A stretch of 64,000 nt of DNA from the human T2T-CHM13v2.0 reference genome, Homo sapiens, in the NCBI RefSeq assembly GCF_009914755.1, contig NC_060937.1, one strand, 5' to 3'. Shown here piece after piece: positions 58,224-64,000 of the stretch. Numbering within the stretch: position 1 is the first letter of the stretch; the number at the start of each line of letters is the position of its first letter. Made by a program: the position numbers and the translations under genes. Under the pieces are notes generated by a model, which worked only from the letters and a program-made list of their open reading frames with translations, was not told where the DNA came from and did no database searches.

Positions 58224-59128
58224 TGATGCAGGATTTTTCTCAACCCCTTTGTCAGACTTGTGACGGGGGTACCCCATTTACTCAGCCTGCCACGCTCAAC
58301 CCCTTGCAGCAGGGAGCACATGAGTGAGCAAGTGCGGGATCTGGATGGCTGCTTTGGGTGCTTCCAGGAGCAGGCTGCGTGCAGGCCTGGCAGCAGTGCC
58401 CAGGTTGGGGTGCCTGCAACCCCTGAAGCTCCAGAGGGCATGTTACAGTGTTCTTTTAGCTCTGCCGTCTGTGGACAGTGGTGTGTTATCAGCTCAGTGA
58501 GCCCCTTGCCTCATCGTGTGGGGTGGCTGCCCTCTGCCAGTGAGCGCAAAGGGCCACTGTGACAGCCTTTTTTGGGTACCCACATTCAGTGGATCCCAAG
58601 CTCTTGTGTGGCATCTAAGATGAATGAGATAGCCCAGACACTTGAAGGATGGTGAAGGTGGAGAATTGTGTTAGGCAATGGGAAATGCCTCTCAGCAAAG
58701 AGGGGAGCCGGAGAGGGGACAGGACAGGCAAGTAATCTTCCCATGAAATCCGGCTGTCTCCAGCCGGCTCTTCCTTGTAGTCAAGCCTTCTCTCTGAAAT
58801 TAAGCCATCTCTCCTCTGAAGCCCATCTGTCTCTCTGAAGGCAAGTCACCTCCCTCCAGTCAAGCCACTTCTCTCCCTCTACTGACTGAGTCTGGGGTCT
58901 TTATAGGCACAGGATAGGGGCATGGGGTGGGCCATAGGTAGTTTCAGAAAAGGCAACATTCAATCAGTAAAAAGACATTATTCAGAAAGAACCGATCGGA
59001 AGAGAGCCAGCAAACGGGGATAGACGTTCTCACTTTGGATGCAGGTTTCAGGCTTTTGGGCTCAAAGGTAGGGTTTTGCCAGGGACCCACCTGTCCGCCT
59101 AGAATTTCTCTGCTTCCTGCCTCTATCA
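58224..59128 (-). mobile_element. ERV1 solo LTR (LTR27/LTR28/LTR1 group)
   Basis: TG...CA termini; minus-strand start tgatagaggcaggaagcagagaaattctaggc; perfect 4-bp TSD aagg at 58220 and 59129. Confidence 0.8.
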
Positions 59129-59150
59129 AAGGGTATGGTTAAAATGAGAA

Positions 59151-59440
59151 TTTTTTTTTGAAACAGAATCTTGCTTTGGTTGCCTAGGCTGAAATGCAGT
59201 GGCATGATCTTAGCTCACTACAACCTCTGCCTCCTGGGTTCAAGAGATTCTCACGTCTCAGCCACCTAAGTACATGGGATTACAGGCACGCACCAACACA
59301 CCCAGCTAAGTTTTGTATTTTTATTAGAGATGGGGTTTCACCATTTTGGCTAGGCTGGTCTTGAACTCCTGACCTCAAATGATCCCACCTCAGCCTCCCA
59401 AAGTGCTGGGATTACAGGCATGAGCCACCCCATCCAGTCC
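59151..59440 (-). mobile_element. AluS (left boundary of the apparent inversion)
   Basis: Full antisense Alu whose 5' end abuts the MER4 5' half. Confidence 0.9.
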
Positions 59441-59441
59441 T

Positions 59442-59577
59442 AGACCAAGGACCAAGGTTTTATGGTGCAGATTAAGCCTCCCTGTAGCAAGTTTCAGAGT
59501 TCTTATCAGACCTGAAAAGGTGCCCGACTCTTAAGTGAATTCTCTCCTAGATCAGGAAAAAGACTTGGAAAGCTAAA

Positions 59578-59614
<37 letters not shown>

Positions 59615-59995
59615 ATGTAGATTTTCCCCACAAGAGGCAGCTTTGCAGGGTCATTTCAAAATATGTCAAAGAAATACATTTTGGAGTAAAATATTTTTAT
59701 TTCTTTCAGGGCCTGCTCTCTGTCATGTGATGTTATACCAAAGTCAGGCTGGAATTTGGTGTCTTATTGCTACAAAAAGTCTGTTTCTTCAGTCTTAAGA
59801 TTTCTGCTGTAATGTTAAAACTGCCTAGCTGTGCCTGAATTTCAAAGGGAGGAAAGTAAAATGAGGGATCTCAGACAACCCCCTTCCAATCACGACCTGA
59901 ACTAGATTTTCAGGTTTACTTTGGAATGCCTTTGGCTGAGGCAGGGGGCAGGCATCAGTAAGTTGAGGTGCATAGAATTTTATTTTTGGTTTACA
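59442..59995 (-). mobile_element. MER4-family LTR, 5' half
   Basis: Ends gaattttatttttggtttaca (= tgtaaaccaaaaataaaattc on minus); catttcaaaatatgtcaaagaaat. Confidence 0.85.
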
Positions 59996-60154
59996 TTATC
60001 ATGAGACAAAAAAACTGGAAGTTGGAGGGCCATGTTGGAGCATGTGTTCAGTGGGTTCAAGCAAAGGGGAAAGGTTTGTCGATGTGTTTGTCCATGTCTC
60101 CTCACTCATTCTGGAGGAGTGCTTCTTCTGACCACCATACTGACACTCAAGCAG

Positions 60155-60282
60155 CCCAGCTACTCGGGAGACTGAGGCAAGAGAATTTCTTGAACCTGGG
60201 AGGCGGAGGTTGCAGTGGACTGAGATTGGGCCACTATATTCCAGCCAGGGTGACAAAGCAAGACTCCATCTCAAAAAAAGAG
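60155..60282 (+). mobile_element. Alu right-arm 3' fragment
   Basis: cccagctactcggg through the tail, followed by aaaaccttggtct. Confidence 0.9.
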
Positions 60283-61238
60283 AAAACCTTGGTCTTCATA
60301 ACCTCTTATCTTTTTTTAATTTTTCTTTTCTTTCTTTCTTTTTTTTTTTTTTTTGAGAGGGTAGCAGCAAGATCATGGCTCATGGCACCTTCAACTTCCT
60401 GGGCTCAAGTGATCCTCTCACTTCAGCTTCCCAAGTAACTAATAATTTTTTTATTTGTAGAGACAGGGTCTTGCTTATGTTGCCCAGGCTGGCCTAGAAC
60501 TTTTGGCTGAAGCAATCCTCTTGCCTCGACCTCCCAAAATGCTGGGATTACAGGCATGAGCCACCACACTTGGCCCCAGATAGTTCTTTCTACTGATTCC
60601 AGGTCTTTAGATAATAACTCTTTCAACCAATTGCCAATCAGAAAATCTTTGAGTCCGCCTATGACCCAGAAGCCCCCACTTCTTGTTATTCCACCTTTCT
60701 AGACCAAACCAATGTACATCTTACATGGATTTGTTGCGGGACCTTTCCTTAGTTCAGCTAAAGACGGGGTTCCTTGTCCCACAGCCGCCAAAGTTTAGGC
60801 TTGCAGATGGTTTGAAGGATGAGTAAAACAGGGTATTATTGGGTGAAAAGGAATAAAAGGGGGAACAGGGACTCTCCGCAAGGTCGGAGTTACTCTAGTG
60901 TGCTTCCCGCCTTGCAGTTTGAATCCTAGGTTCCACACAGGAAGAGGAGGGGCCAGGCTCCTCCCCGCTACCAACGGGGTGAACCTCTGTAGCTCCACCC
61001 CAGTGCGCAGGCCGGTTGAAGTTTTGCCAGGGACCCCTCCCGGACCCCTCCCACCCGGCTGTCTCATATTGATTGATGTCTATGTCTCTCTAAAATGTAT
61101 AAAACCAAGCTGTAGCCCGATCACTTTGGGCACATGTTGTTAGGACCTCCTGAGGCTGTGCAACAGGCATGTCCTTAACCTTGGCAAAATAAACTTCTAA
61201 ATTGATTGAAACTCACCTCAGATACTTTTTGGTTTACA
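60283..61238 (+). mobile_element. MER4-family LTR, 3' half, with nested AluJ (60312-60575) and LTR
   Basis: ccttggtcttcataacctcttatc...gattccaggtctttagataataactc...aataaacttctaaattgattga...tttttggtttaca. Confidence 0.85.
60732..61066 (-). mobile_element. MER61-like ERV1 solo LTR nested in MER4
   Basis: Minus-strand start tgagacagccgggtgggagggg; TG...CA termini; TSD (g/t)att. Confidence 0.7.
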
Positions 61239-61424
61239 GTTGATTAGTTAAGCTTAGAACAGTTTGTCCCCCTGAAACCAGCTAACCACAGAGAATACCC
61301 TCTCCTCTTCAGATTACTGAGACTTTCCCTGCTTGCAAAAGAACCCAAACCATAAAAGTCACCCCATCTGTAACTTGTTTCCCGACCGGAAAAAAAAAAG
61401 TCTAAGGTAAAACCACCTTAAGAC

Positions 61425-61672
61425 ACTCTGGAGTGCAATAGCCAGAAAAAGATCATCTCCTTAGACAGAGAGAGAGAGAGAGAGAGCGCACGAGCGAGCA
61501 CAAGCTATCCTTATGACCTAGCTGTGGAAATCCTGTAACCTCACTTTCACCACATTCTATTTCTTTGAAGTGAATCACCAGGGGGTCTGGCCCACATCAT
61601 GAGGGAGTGTACTAGGCTTCACATTTTCAAGAAAGTAGTGTCAGATGTACTGGGACATATTTTGAAACCACC
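61425..61672 (-). mobile_element. MLT1F-H-like fragment with (GA)n
   Basis: ttatgacctagc...cactttcaccacattctatt...catattttgaaaccac. Confidence 0.6.
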
Positions 61673-62440
61673 TGATGGTCATATCCAATGGCAGTAGAAG
61701 GAGTTGCCCAGGAAGATAGGCAGTAACTCAGGTCCAATAGTAGCTTGTTCTAGCATTCTCTCAACATAAGTATTACTGTCCTCATTTTTCTTGCTTGGAG
61801 GAATTAAAATAATATAGAATTCATCTAAATTCAAATAGTACTATAGCAGGTGCAACATATTTACTCTAGTCTGCCGCCTCACACAAGAAGATATTGGTTA
61901 AATCTCTCTGGATATAGAGAGGAATTTTATCCTAGTATTTGTCTCTCTGCCATTTGGCAATCCCACCACCACAACCAATACAGAAAATCAGGGATGTTAG
62001 GTGCACACTTTGGAAAATCATCAGAGACACCTGCTTTATGCAAAAAAAAAAAAAAAAAAAAAAAAAAATAGAGTGAGAGAGAGATGTTTTCATCACAGAG
62101 GGAAGAGATTCTTGGAAGGAAGCCTCATAGAGTTAACCAAAATAATGAATAAGCTGAGTCTAAAGAGTCACAGTAATTATTTCATGTTAAAGATGTTAGA
62201 AGAAAAAAAAACACTGAAAAAAGTTTTGCATTAGAATTAAATTTAAAAGGCTAAATTATAACTCTCATAAGACTAATGGTCAATTTTTTGTCTGGGTTCT
62301 TTGTGGCTATTGGATTTGTGATTTACAAAGAGGATGTTTGACCCCAGGGAAGCAAGTAACATCCCTTTCACAAAATAGCATTCATTGCTCAAGGTCTCTG
62401 AAAGCTGAAGGAACTGTAAAAGATCAATAATCAGTTTTAA

Positions 62441-62796
<356 letters not shown>

Positions 62797-63387
62797 TGAT
62801 TATTTTATTAATGAGGGGTACATAGGAACAAAAAAATATAAAATAAGAAACTGCTAAGGACTTTCTCTCCTGCCATGGTTGAATCTGAACCTTGAAGCCA
62901 GAAAAATAAATAGCAGTGGAGCAGAAATATCACTACTGTCTCCTCTCAGGAGTCATTCCATCTTGATCAATTCTGTCCTTCCAAGCATAGCTTGAGTTTA
63001 CTGGTCCTGAGACATGACAGAGATGTGTCCACCTTGGGCAACTAGCCACAGAAAAAAGACTTGTGACCCAGGCCAGTTTATCTTCACTTGGTGGCCAGCC
63101 AGCAAGGTGTTAACATCCAGAGAGTTGAACACATATACAGACACACCAGTTTCCTGGCACTCGATTCTCCTAGTTCAACAATTCCAGAAGAAAGACCATA
63201 CCTTTCTTTCTGGTTGCTTCACAGGCAAATGCTGTAGAAATCCACTATATCTAGGAATAAAAGCAACTAGGAAATCAAGCAACTGTGAATTTCGGGGCTT
63301 CAATTTTAATGGGCTATAAAGGCTTTTCTTGATGGGTGATCAAAAGATGTTGTGGAAAAAAATAAAACAAAAAAGACAATGGCTTTG

Positions 63388-63675
<288 letters not shown>

Positions 63676-64000
63676 TTAACATAAAATGAGAAAGGATGCA
63701 TTTTTGAATCCAAGTACTTATTGACCAACTATTTCACATTCACAGTATGAAAACGTCACACTATCTTTGCTCAGATCTGTGCCAGAATCAACTTTTAATG
63801 CTATATTTAATAGAGAAAATGATGAGGAAGTTTCTGCAAAGAAGGAATGACAGAATTAGAATATAACAATTTTGCAATGCCTAATGAATTACTGGATCTA
63901 GGCAACATTCATCAATGGCTGCTAATATTATAGAAAGAAAGAAAACCAGACATTATATATCTCATGCTAGAAGTGCACAAGACCACTTAAATAGTCTTCC

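Noticed and set aside
58224-59128. GC-rich stretch as a CpG-island promoter
   Set aside because: Fully explained by an ERV1 solo LTR with TSD, and CpG-depleted.
59133-60140. gtatggt...agaa similarity as the TSD of the pre-inversion Alu
   Set aside because: Only 12/18 identity, too weak to count as support for the inversion model.

Overview
Primate (human-like) non-coding genomic DNA, intergenic or intronic. About 80 Alu elements or fragments (FLAM/FRAM, J, S and a few Y; roughly a third of the window by my estimate) are layered over older L2, MIR, L1M, MaLR (MLT1/MST), ERV1 LTRs (MER4-, MER61-, LTR27/28-like), a MER11 remnant and hAT MITEs (MER53, MER5A, MER103C). I find no credible protein-coding gene: the ORFs in the track are Alu-derived or look like chance ORFs. 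The only RNA-gene homology is a 3'-truncated 7SK retropseudogene (12787-13025) nested in an Alu linker. I see no evidence for a new multi-gene biological system. The notable signals are structural: (1) an apparent Alu-associated ~0.9 kb inversion splitting a MER4 LTR at 59.2-60.3 kb; (2) microhomology deletion junctions (Alu/MER11 at 26.43 kb; fused inverted Alus at 51.89 kb); (3) an ancient local duplication of an L1-in-L2 composite; (4) a MER53 (miR-1302-type) hairpin; (5) tandem RFX X-boxes and several non-coding exon candidates. Repeat subfamily calls come from recalled consensus sequences, not from a RepeatMasker run, and boundaries are approximate except where TSDs are quoted.
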